Shown: piece by piece, positions 53,709 to 62,663 of the stretch | How positions within the stretch are numbered: the stretch's first letter is position 1 | Layout of the letters: every line of letters starts with the position of its first letter | Origin: Candidatus Woesearchaeota archaeon | Lineage (GTDB): Archaea; Nanobdellota; Nanobdellia; Woesearchaeales; GCA-2686295 | Length of the DNA: 64,000 nucleotides | Assembly (NCBI GenBank): GCA_016784125.1 | Contig: JADHVI010000003.1 | Location: 7,241 to 71,240, forward strand | Reading direction: 5' to 3' | Program-made: the position numbers and the translations under genes | The notes under the pieces: model-generated | Seen by the model: only the letters and a program-made list of their open reading frames with translations | What the model was told of the DNA's origin: nothing | Databases searched by the model: none

Positions 53709-54653
53709 ATGAATTATTTTGATAATTTAAGAACTTTGTATAACAATCCAATTGAGATTAAAGGCTTTAAACAACTCAACAAGAAAGGCTTGTTTCCTGA
53801 AGAAGAAATATTGATAAAGAAGCATCTTAAGCCAGGAAAAAAAGTTTTAGTTATTGGCTGTGGTGCCGGAAGAGAATGTTTTGTTCTCGCAGAAATGGGA
53901 TTTGAAGTTGTAGGTGTTGACATATCTAAAGAAATGGTTGCAGCTGCAAAAAAACTTTCTGAGAAGAAAAAACTAAATATCAAATTCTTCGAATCAAATA
54001 TATTGGACTTTGATTACAAGAAAGAATCATTTGATTACGTTTTAATGCTTGAACAAATGTATAATCTTATTCCTTTCAAAAAAAACAGGTTGCTGTTATT
54101 AAAGAAAGTTCGCTTCTTACTTAAGAAGAACGGCTTATTCATTTTCTCAGCATATTCAAAGTTATATTTTCATTTAATTTTTCCTTATTTGTTTGTGAAA
54201 TTTCCGCAAAATTTAATTAGAAATTTATTCTCCAGTAAAGACAAACTTATGCACCTTCAACAGTCTAAATATTCATTTTCAAATCCGAAACCTTTGTCGA
54301 GAATAAAACTCTTAAAACGTTTTTTTGGAAAAGTTTATTATGCCTTAAAATTATTTCTAAGAGAACCTATTTTTTTATTTAAGAATATATACAGATTAAT
54401 TCAAAAAATTATCTTTAAAAAAAGAGCTGTATTGGAACCTGGTGATTTAATTGGAAATCCGAGTCTTTTTTGTAAAAACGAATCTTTGAAAGTAGTTTTT
54501 AAGTATTTCAGTCCAAAACAAATTACAGAGAAAATAGTCGAATCTGATTTTAAATTAGTTAGATATTATTCTAGAGATGAACTCCTAGAAAACAAAAGGT
54601 TTATGGGGAAAATATTTACTGATATAAATTATTATGTTGCAGAGAAATTTTAA
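53709..54653 (+). CDS. class I SAM-dependent methyltransferase
   Basis: VLVIGCGAGRE, GVDIS, LLKKNG. Confidence 0.85.
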   Translation: MNYFDNLRTLYNNPIEIKGFKQLNKKGLFPEEEILIKKHLKPGKKVLVIGCGAGRECFVLAEMGFEVVGVDISKEMVAAAKKLSEKKKLNIKFFESNILDFDYKKESFDYVLMLEQMYNLIPFKKNRLLLLKKVRFLLKKNGLFIFSAYSKLYFHLIFPYLFVKFPQNLIRNLFSSKDKLMHLQQSKYSFSNPKPLSRIKLLKRFFGKVYYALKLFLREPIFLFKNIYRLIQKIIFKKRAVLEPGDLIGNPSLFCKNESLKVVFKYFSPKQITEKIVESDFKLVRYYSRDELLENKRFMGKIFTDINYYVAEKF

Positions 54654-54739
54654 CAAGTTTTACAACAGTTGAGCTCGCCAACATTCTTAATAAGTTTAAG
54701 AGTCGGTTTTTCGTATTCAAGAGTTTTCTTCTTCATCAT
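54650..54739 (-). CDS. putative RiPP precursor peptide, 29 aa (not in ORF track)
   Basis: MMKKKTLEYEKPTLKLIKNVGELNCCKTC*; YxxPxL RRE-recognition motif; TTTAAATA about 20 nt upstream; inside PqqD-containing cluster. Confidence 0.8.
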   Translation of the reverse strand: MMKKKTLEYEKPTLKLIKNVGELNCCKTC

Positions 54740-54811
54740 ATTTTTTCTTAATTTTTTTTATTTAAAAACTTTTTGGATATATTTATATATTTCTTCTCGC
54801 AATCCAATCTT

Positions 54812-56242
54812 ATGACTGATGTTCTTCTTTTTATTCCAAGATATAAGTGGAATGATTCTAAAAAAGCAGACTCTTGTTATCCTCCTATTGGAGTTGCTAT
54901 ACTTGCTTCTAATCTTGAAAAAAATAGTTATTCTGTTTCTATTCGTGACGCAAACGTAGAACCAATATCTGAGAAGGAGTTTATTGGTTTAATTAAGAAA
55001 GAAAAGCCTTCCTTATTTGGTTTGTCTATTTCAGATGCGAATATTCCGGATGTGAAAAGATGGTGTTTACTAGTTAAAAAAATAAGTGCACACACAAAAA
55101 TAGTGATTGGCTGTCGCGATAAATTATTTCTAAAAAATAATTTTTTGTCTTTTGCAGATTATTTTGTAATTGGTGAAGCAGAAGAAACAATTGTTGAATT
55201 GTCAGATTGTATTATTAAGCGTACCTGCTCTTTAAAATCAATTAATGGATTGGCTTATTTTGAAAAGAATGTACTAGTGATGAATAGTCTTAGAAAAAAA
55301 GTCTCTAATCTAAATAAGCTGCCATTTCCAGCATACCATCTTCTTTCGATGAATCTTTACAAGCCATATGCAATTAATCATCTTGGTAAAAGGTTTACTG
55401 CTATTATTAGCAGTCGTGGATGTGCTTTCAAATGTTCTTTTTGCAGTATCGCAGTTGCTAATAGCCATACTTGGAGACCCTTAAGCGCGGCAAATACTAT
55501 TGCGTTAGTAGAATATTTGCATGCAAAACATGGTATTACTCACATACATTTTCAGGATGATGAATTTCTTATAGATTCTAAGAGAGCTGCTAAGATTTGT
55601 ACTCTAATGAGATCGAAATTTGATAAAGAAATTGTTTGGGAGTGCAGGGGCAGGGCTGCAAATATGTCTGAAACATTAGCTTCTCTTCTTGCATCTGCGA
55701 ATTGTATAGCAATTACTTTTGGAATCGAACTTGGATATCAAGAAGGCTTAGATAAAATAAAAAAACAAACCACTATAAAACAAATTGAAAAGGCTGTTGA
55801 AGTTTCCAGAGAGAATCATTTACAAACAAAAGCGGGTTTTATGTTAGGATTTCCTTGGGAAACAAAGGAAGATGTCCAGAAAACAATTGATTTTGCAAAA
55901 AAGTTGCCCCTTGATTTTGCAGGTTTTACGATTTTAATTCCTTTTGAAGGAACTGAAATGTATGCTTTGCTAAAAAAAGAACGTTTAATTGTTTCATCTG
56001 GAGATACTTTCTCAAAGAAGAATGGTTTCGAGTTTTCTGTAAACACCAAATTTTTATCTTATAGAGAACTGGTAAAATTAAAACTGAGAGCACAAAAACA
56101 GTTCTATTTGCGACCAACTTATTTTCTAAGCTTATTTTTTAGATCTCATAATTTACTAATGTTGAAAAGGTGTTTGAAAACTTATTTTTACTCAATAAAA
56201 GCTATTATCTGGACCTCTTCTAAACTTTTCAGAACTCAATAA
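54812..56242 (+). CDS. cobalamin-binding radical SAM enzyme
   Basis: YPPIGVAILAS B12 domain, GEAE, SRGCAFKCSFC, FQDD, MLGFPWET; TTTATATA 22 nt before ATG 54812. Confidence 0.9.
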   Translation: MTDVLLFIPRYKWNDSKKADSCYPPIGVAILASNLEKNSYSVSIRDANVEPISEKEFIGLIKKEKPSLFGLSISDANIPDVKRWCLLVKKISAHTKIVIGCRDKLFLKNNFLSFADYFVIGEAEETIVELSDCIIKRTCSLKSINGLAYFEKNVLVMNSLRKKVSNLNKLPFPAYHLLSMNLYKPYAINHLGKRFTAIISSRGCAFKCSFCSIAVANSHTWRPLSAANTIALVEYLHAKHGITHIHFQDDEFLIDSKRAAKICTLMRSKFDKEIVWECRGRAANMSETLASLLASANCIAITFGIELGYQEGLDKIKKQTTIKQIEKAVEVSRENHLQTKAGFMLGFPWETKEDVQKTIDFAKKLPLDFAGFTILIPFEGTEMYALLKKERLIVSSGDTFSKKNGFEFSVNTKFLSYRELVKLKLRAQKQFYLRPTYFLSLFFRSHNLLMLKRCLKTYFYSIKAIIWTSSKLFRTQ

Positions 56243-56498
56243 GTTTATTTTTTTCTAGTTTGTTTAACATTTCAATTACATCTTTCTCTAAAGCCTTTTT
56301 CCCAACTGAGAATTTCTTACTCATGGAAACAATGATTTCTTCAATATTTCTCTTTCCGTTTATAAGATTCCATACAATGCTCCCACTACTATTAAGGTTA
56401 TAGAACTTTCCTGTTTCAAGCAAGAGTATGATAGTTTCATCATCAATTTTCTCAGATTCAATATCTTTTCGCTTTTTAGGAATACTTTTCAAGTTCAT
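56229..56498 (-). CDS. PqqD-family RiPP recognition element (RRE)
   Basis: IDDETIILL...GKFYNLNSSGSIVWNLING...EKDVIEMLNKL...LI. Confidence 0.92.
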   Translation of the reverse strand: MNLKSIPKKRKDIESEKIDDETIILLLETGKFYNLNSSGSIVWNLINGKRNIEEIIVSMSKKFSVGKKALEKDVIEMLNKLEKNKLIEF

Positions 56499-58098
56499 CT
56501 ATTTCCCTCCAAAAATGCTTGTCTTTTTTAAAGTATAAATAATTGCACTTTACTTCTTTTGAAATATTTTTTATCAGTTCAAATACTTTTTCATACTCAT
56601 CCTTTTTCCTGGTTATGAATTTGAAAAACATTTCTTCCTTGGTTAGTTCCATAATTACATTTGCTCTACTAATTTCGCTTAGAGTGTGAGAATCTGATTG
56701 TTTAATGAAAAATATTCTGTGAAGTTTCACAGTTTTACTATTTGGTTTTAATGTCTCTTTGAATTTAAAATATTCTCCTCCCAGAGGATTGCCATACAAG
56801 AAAAACTGTTTATTCTTTTTCTGGATAATTGTTGTTTCATCATTTAGAACTGCTGATTTATCTGACAAACTAGCAATAGTGGATTTTCCAGCTCCCTTCT
56901 CACCGCAGAAGACATATCCTTTGTTATTTCTAACAATTGAGCTGGCATGTAGGAATATTGTCTGTTTGTCATATAATATGCTGGCAAAAGTCATTTTCAA
57001 GGCTTTTCCGCAAGCATATTTACTATTAGGCATTTTAATCCATGCATACGCCTGTTCTTTGTTTTTCTCAATCTGTAATAATAATGTTTTGTCTTCATAT
57101 ATTGTTTCTAAAGATGAATCTACTTTGTTTTGTATACTTAGAAACAACTTAATTGACTCAGGTTTTTTAGTTTCAAAGTGCTTGTAATCATTTTCAATTC
57201 TTTTCAAAAACAATTTGCTCTCAGACATTACTTTTACTGTTAGATCAGCAATATTTATCTTTAAGTCATAAGTGGGTTTAATACCTATTAGTTCTAGTGA
57301 TTCTTTTTTGTTCTTGAATGAAATAATCGTGTTTGACAAATCAAACAAATCTTTCATCATTTTATCAATAGCCTTGGTTGTTGAACTATACTCTTTGTAA
57401 ATTTGAAGTATTTTCTTCAAGCAGTTTTCTGATTCTCTAGTTATAGTATTATTCTTACTGGCAATATACTTTGCCTTTAGAAAATAGTTTCTTGCTAAAT
57501 AGAATTTATTCTCTTCTCTCGCAGGATTTTGTTTCATGTCTTTGATTATGAGCGGATAATTCCTTTTTCTTTTCTTTTCTGTTTGTTCTAAATTGTTATA
57601 ACCAAAATGCCTAATACAGACTTTTTTAAGCATACGGCTTTTAGGAATATTTTTTTGCGATTCAACTATTTTTTCATGAACAATTCCACTCCAAAAATAT
57701 TTTTTTGAATTCCTAAAGAGAACTATTCTTTTGTGAACTGAAGATTTTTGATTTTCTTTTTCAGAGATAATTTTTACTTTGAAACAATCGTTTTTTTCAT
57801 TTAATTGGCTCTTTAATTCTGTACTGTGTTCTAAAATCTCATCTGCATCAATTGAAATAATCCATTCTTTGGTACACTTACTTAATGCATAGTTTCTTGC
57901 TTCTGAAAAATCGTTTTTGAATTTATGCGAGAAAACTTTGTTAGTATATTTTTTCCCAATCGCAATGGTACTATCTTTTGACCCTGTATCAACAATTACA
58001 ATCTCATCAACAACATTTTTTATGCTTTCTAAACATCTGGAAAGATTCTTTTCTTCATCTTTTACAATTAGACACGCAGAAATTGTTTTTTTTGTCAT
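56476..58098 (-). CDS. GT2 glycosyltransferase fused to HprK-related kinase
   Basis: ISACLIVKDEE, DTGS, DFSEARN, DADE, VHE, HFGY; C-terminal LHASS...GEKGAGKST...LNDE. Confidence 0.85.
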   Translation of the reverse strand: MTKKTISACLIVKDEEKNLSRCLESIKNVVDEIVIVDTGSKDSTIAIGKKYTNKVFSHKFKNDFSEARNYALSKCTKEWIISIDADEILEHSTELKSQLNEKNDCFKVKIISEKENQKSSVHKRIVLFRNSKKYFWSGIVHEKIVESQKNIPKSRMLKKVCIRHFGYNNLEQTEKKRKRNYPLIIKDMKQNPAREENKFYLARNYFLKAKYIASKNNTITRESENCLKKILQIYKEYSSTTKAIDKMMKDLFDLSNTIISFKNKKESLELIGIKPTYDLKINIADLTVKVMSESKLFLKRIENDYKHFETKKPESIKLFLSIQNKVDSSLETIYEDKTLLLQIEKNKEQAYAWIKMPNSKYACGKALKMTFASILYDKQTIFLHASSIVRNNKGYVFCGEKGAGKSTIASLSDKSAVLNDETTIIQKKNKQFFLYGNPLGGEYFKFKETLKPNSKTVKLHRIFFIKQSDSHTLSEISRANVIMELTKEEMFFKFITRKKDEYEKVFELIKNISKEVKCNYLYFKKDKHFWREIDELEKYS

Positions 58099-58143
58099 TT
58101 TAATGCAAAGAATTAAAAAAGTAATTGATTAATAAATTTTGTT

Positions 58144-58560
58144 ATGAGACAATTAACTATAAACAGCAACAGTATGCTTCCATTACTGAAAATCAACGAT
58201 CGAGTAGTTGTGAATAACACTAATTCATTTGTAATTGGGGATATACTAGTTTATAAGAAAAACAAATCTTTTGTAGGCCATAGACTAGTTAAAAAAAGTG
58301 AATTAGGTTTTTTTGTTAAAGGAGATAATGATCCTACTGTTGAACTTGTTAGTTCCAATAAAATCCTTGGGAAAATAATTCTAATTAATAATTATAAATT
58401 TAAGAATAATTTCATTGAAAAAATAATTTCTCATTGTTCTTATGTTCAGTCAAAAATCCCTTTCATATTTAACATTAAGAATGATTTGTTAAGAAAAGCC
58501 TTTAAATTTCTAACTAATCCTTTATTATACTTAGCTCACTCTTCAAAGCATTGTTTATAA
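58144..58560 (+). CDS. S24/S26 (signal peptidase-like) peptidase
   Basis: SNSMLPLL, GDILVY, GHRL, KGDN (Ser-His dyad); no N-terminal TM anchor. Confidence 0.85.
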   Translation: MRQLTINSNSMLPLLKINDRVVVNNTNSFVIGDILVYKKNKSFVGHRLVKKSELGFFVKGDNDPTVELVSSNKILGKIILINNYKFKNNFIEKIISHCSYVQSKIPFIFNIKNDLLRKAFKFLTNPLLYLAHSSKHCL

Positions 58561-59327
58561 TAATCACATTGCCCAGTGCTCCACTTACAAAGTGGACTTG
58601 TTTGTTGCGGATAATCAACTTTTTCTTTAGAAACAGTCTTTGTATGAATCTTATCAACTTCAGTTCTAGCTTCATCTACAAGCGCGTCATCAACAGGCAA
58701 TAAAAATTCATTATGTTTCAAAAAATCAATTCCAACTAAGTCAGGCTTAACACCATGAGCTTCTTCATACATCATAGCGTAGATGCCAAGTTGTAACCTG
58801 TATTCAGGGGTCATGTGAGCTCTCTTGCTGGTCTTATAATCAAGAATGACAACTTTTGTGTTGTTCTCAAATAAAACATCTATAAATCCACGAACATTAT
58901 GTTTTTTAGAAACAAACTCTTTTTCTCTTGTAGGAGTCAAATGCTCGAATGCTTGAGTAAATGTCTTGCTATCATCCAATTGGTTTCGAAATTTTTTCTG
59001 AAATCGTTTGAACCAGTTCTGAAGCATTTCCTTGCTTTCATTATAGTAAAACTTAAGTTTTGAGTCTCCAAGCTTTAACTCTGATAATTCTTCATAGTTA
59101 TCATTCCAGATTTTTTCAAACAACCAAAACAAGTGAAGTCTTAAGGCATCTTCGCTACTAATCTTAGCGTCAATGTCAAAGAAGTCTTCTAAAACAGTGT
59201 GGACAATTTTTCCCCTAATTAAATGAATACTTGGAAAACTAGGAAGCGCTTCAATATACCTATAATAATACTTCCGTGGGCACTGTTTGTAAGTGTTGAT
59301 GCTGCTCGGACTCTCTACTCTACTCAT
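58536..59327 (-). CDS. RecB/Cas4-like PD-(D/E)XK nuclease with 4-Cys Fe-S staple
   Basis: SPSSINTYKQCPRKY, GKIVH, GFID, DYKT, QLGIY, C-terminal CKW...CDY...C. Confidence 0.88.
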   Translation of the reverse strand: MSRVESPSSINTYKQCPRKYYYRYIEALPSFPSIHLIRGKIVHTVLEDFFDIDAKISSEDALRLHLFWLFEKIWNDNYEELSELKLGDSKLKFYYNESKEMLQNWFKRFQKKFRNQLDDSKTFTQAFEHLTPTREKEFVSKKHNVRGFIDVLFENNTKVVILDYKTSKRAHMTPEYRLQLGIYAMMYEEAHGVKPDLVGIDFLKHNEFLLPVDDALVDEARTEVDKIHTKTVSKEKVDYPQQTSPLCKWSTGQCDYYKQCFEE

Positions 59328-62300
59328 TTTTTATCTATAGAAACTACTATTTTCTTATCTCTAACTGTTTTATCTGCTAAATACTTTAACTTCTTAGCAT
59401 CCAAACCAATAGTTATCTCTGTTGCTCCAATTTTTTTCTTTATCTCATCTTTGAATGGGCTTAGATTAACATCTGTGTTAATACAAGCTTTTATGGATTC
59501 TTCTTTTTTGAATCCAGAATCTTTTCTTAATTGCTGAATTCTTCTAATTGTATCCCTTGCGAAACCTTCAACTTCTAGTTCGTTGGTTACAAGTGTTGAT
59601 AGCATCACTTGCCCACCTTTAAAACTAGAAACCTCTGTGTTTTTAGGTGGAATCTGTGTGATATCAAAATGTTCTTTCTTTAATTCGAACTTGCCAACTT
59701 TAACAGAATCTTTAGTTTGCAAAGTTTTAGCAATATCGGATTTACTCTTAGCAATAGTTTCAGCAATTGTGCCTGTATCAGTGCCAAACTCTTTACCAAT
59801 ATTCCTAAAGTTTGGTTTAATCTCAAAATCACATTTGATCTTGCCAATAGAAATTTTCTTCACATTAACCTGCTTCATCAATAAAGCTTCTAGAGGTTTA
59901 ATGTTCTCGACAATTTTCTTATCAGCATCAATCATGACTTCTCCCAAAGGCCACCTTACACCCATCTTGGACTTGTCTCTGCAAGCAAGAGTTGCTGCAA
60001 TTACTTCTTGAGTTACGCTCATAGCTTTTTCCAAACTCAAATCGGATTTTCCAGGTTCAGGAATTATTTCCAAATGTACAGATTCTTTTAACTTGTTCAA
60101 ACACTTCAAGTTCTGATAAATTTTTTCGCTGATATAAGGTGTAATTGAAGCCATTAAAGATATTATTTTTAGCACACAATGATTGATGACATTCAAAGGA
60201 TTCTTATCATTATCTAATCGATTTCTAATGAGCTGAACATAAGTTCTACTAAGATCATCAACTACGAAGTTCTGAATTGTTCTCCCGACCAAATGTAAGT
60301 TAAAAGATTCGAATTGTTCTCTTGCTTCTCTAATGGTAGTGTTTAACCTTGAAAGTATCCATTTATCTTCTACTTCTTTAGATTCAACTGATGAAACCTT
60401 TGCATTCTGAGAAAGCAAGTAGATATGCAGATTCCAAAGTGTGTTCAATATCCTGGAAACTTCGGTTTTGATTGTTTCAAGACTAAATTTTTGTGTGCTA
60501 GAAGGATCAATGTCCCAACAATAATACAATCTGAGAGCATCAGCACCATGATTCTTAAGAGCATCTTTTGCAGTTACCACATTACCAACTGACTTACTCA
60601 TCTTTTCGCCTTTAGAATCCAAAACCCATCCAGGCATGGAAACAGTTTCATAAGGTGATTTGTCAAACACACCAATACCAACAAACATCAATGAGTAGAA
60701 CCATCCTCTAATCTGATCTTGAGATTCATTGATTCTACTAACAGGATAATTATTTTCAAATAGTTCTTTATTCTCAAAAGGATAATGTAAAGATGCAAAA
60801 GTTGAACATCCTGAGTCAAACCAAACATCGAATATATCATTGATTCGAGTCATATCTTTCTTGCAAGCACCACATTTCAACATAACATTGTTAACTGTGT
60901 GCAAATCAAAGTCTTTAGGAATTTTGCCAGAAGCTTCTTTCTCTAATTCTTTTAATGATCCAACAGATTTAATTTCGCCACATTCACACTTCCAAATAGG
61001 AATTGGGATTCCCCAGTATCTTTGTCTTGAAAAATTCCAGTCTTCAGCGTTGCTAACCCAAGCTTCGAATCTTTCTTTTGCAAATTCAGGTTGCCATTCG
61101 ACCTTCTTGTTAGCAGAAAGCATCTTGTTTCTTATGTCCTCAATTTTTAAGAACCATTGTTTGCTCAATCTGAAAATCAATGGTGATTTACAACGCCAGC
61201 AAACAGGATAACTATGTTCAATCTTTGAAAAGTTAAGAAGGGATCCTGCTTTATGCATATCCTCCATAATTGCATGATCAGCTTGCTTTACGAATTCGCC
61301 CTGATATTTGCCAGCATCATCAGTAAAACAACAAGCATCATCCAAAGGACTTATATTTGGTAAATTATAATGTTTACCAATCTCGTGATCAGTTTTACCA
61401 TGACCAGGAGCTGAATGAACTAATCCACTACCATCTTCAACTGTGACGAAATCTTCGAATACATCTCCTGTCTTGATTCCTTTCTTAGCAGCAACTTTCG
61501 AAGCAACTCTCTCTTTTAAAATAGGAATTGACATGTAGACTTTCAACGCATTAGGATTCTTAGATAGTTCTTTTTGAACTGGAACATCTAATATGCTTTC
61601 ATATTGTAAACCATCCAATTTGGTTCCTTTGAAAGTCTCTAAAACCTTATATTCAATATCAATTTCTTTAAGCAAAGTTAATCTGTTCTTGGCTAGAATT
61701 AAATTTCCTTTACCAGTTTCAACCTTGACATATTCTTTGTCAGGATGAGCACAAATAGCAACGTTTGCAGGCAAAGTCCAAGGAGTTGTTGTGAATACTA
61801 ACAAGAAATCATTCTTTGTTCCTTTAACCTTGAATTTAACATATACTGAAGGATCAGTCATCTGTTTATAGGAGTCAGTTACTTCATAACCTGCAAGAGC
61901 AGTTTGACATTTAGGACACCAGAAAACAGGTTTTTTACCTTCATAGACCATTCCTTTATCCCAGAATTTTTTGAAAGCCCACCAAGCAGACTCAATATAA
62001 GAATTATTGTAAGTTAAATAAGGACTCTTCCAAGAGTACCAAGAACCAAGTTTGTCATAGACATCCAACCAAAGATCTTTGTTGAGAGTTGCGCTTTCTC
62101 TACAAGTCTTCATGAACTTAGCGATGCCATACTTTTCTATGTCTTTCTTTGATTTTAATTTGAGTTTCTTCTCAACCATGTTTTCGATTGGAAGACCATG
62201 AGTATCAAAACCAGGTTGGAACAAAACTTTCTTACCTTTCATAAAGTTCCATCTAACATAAGCATCTTTGTAAACAGTATTTCTGATATGGCCTACATGA

Positions 62301-62449
62301 GGGATGTAGTTTGCGTAGGGTGGACCATCCAATAAGAAGTAGCTCTCTCCCTTAGCGTTTTGTTTCTCCAAAAGTTTTAGAAGATCAATTTTCTTCCAAA
62401 AAGCTCCTATCTCTTTTTCGACTTTGCTGAAGTCATAACTTTCGTTCAT
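59324..62449 (-). CDS. ileS: isoleucyl-tRNA synthetase
   Basis: DGPPYAN, HVGH, TTTPWTLP, SRQRYWG, DQIRGWF, KMSKS. Confidence 0.96.
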   Translation of the reverse strand: MNESYDFSKVEKEIGAFWKKIDLLKLLEKQNAKGESYFLLDGPPYANYIPHVGHIRNTVYKDAYVRWNFMKGKKVLFQPGFDTHGLPIENMVEKKLKLKSKKDIEKYGIAKFMKTCRESATLNKDLWLDVYDKLGSWYSWKSPYLTYNNSYIESAWWAFKKFWDKGMVYEGKKPVFWCPKCQTALAGYEVTDSYKQMTDPSVYVKFKVKGTKNDFLLVFTTTPWTLPANVAICAHPDKEYVKVETGKGNLILAKNRLTLLKEIDIEYKVLETFKGTKLDGLQYESILDVPVQKELSKNPNALKVYMSIPILKERVASKVAAKKGIKTGDVFEDFVTVEDGSGLVHSAPGHGKTDHEIGKHYNLPNISPLDDACCFTDDAGKYQGEFVKQADHAIMEDMHKAGSLLNFSKIEHSYPVCWRCKSPLIFRLSKQWFLKIEDIRNKMLSANKKVEWQPEFAKERFEAWVSNAEDWNFSRQRYWGIPIPIWKCECGEIKSVGSLKELEKEASGKIPKDFDLHTVNNVMLKCGACKKDMTRINDIFDVWFDSGCSTFASLHYPFENKELFENNYPVSRINESQDQIRGWFYSLMFVGIGVFDKSPYETVSMPGWVLDSKGEKMSKSVGNVVTAKDALKNHGADALRLYYCWDIDPSSTQKFSLETIKTEVSRILNTLWNLHIYLLSQNAKVSSVESKEVEDKWILSRLNTTIREAREQFESFNLHLVGRTIQNFVVDDLSRTYVQLIRNRLDNDKNPLNVINHCVLKIISLMASITPYISEKIYQNLKCLNKLKESVHLEIIPEPGKSDLSLEKAMSVTQEVIAATLACRDKSKMGVRWPLGEVMIDADKKIVENIKPLEALLMKQVNVKKISIGKIKCDFEIKPNFRNIGKEFGTDTGTIAETIAKSKSDIAKTLQTKDSVKVGKFELKKEHFDITQIPPKNTEVSSFKGGQVMLSTLVTNELEVEGFARDTIRRIQQLRKDSGFKKEESIKACINTDVNLSPFKDEIKKKIGATEITIGLDAKKLKYLADKTVRDKKIVVSIDKK

Positions 62450-62540
62450 ATTTTCTCCCTCACTATCTTGTTTTTCTTATTCTTTTATATTAATTTCTAT
62501 ATTATATTAACATTCCCCAGCTAAAATGCTAGAGATACAA

Positions 62541-62585
62541 CTAAATAATAATAGAAATTATATTGGCGATGCTTGTATGTGCCAT
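62541..62585 (-). CDS. Ile-rich leader peptide upstream of ileS (14 aa)
   Basis: ATG GCA CAT ACA AGC ATC GCC AAT ATA ATT TCT ATT ATT ATT TAG; TTTAAATA 22 nt upstream. Confidence 0.7.
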   Translation of the reverse strand: MAHTSIANIISIII

Positions 62586-62663
62586 AAAGAGAAGTTATAA
62601 CAAGGAATATTTAAAGTTTTCTGAAGCACAAACTATATAAAACTTGTATTCCTATCTGTTCTC

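Noticed and set aside
50923-58560. Classical lasso peptide cluster
   Set aside because: No asparagine-synthetase-like cyclase or transglutaminase-like B2 protease in the window; predicted core too short and lacks the ring-forming Asp/Glu
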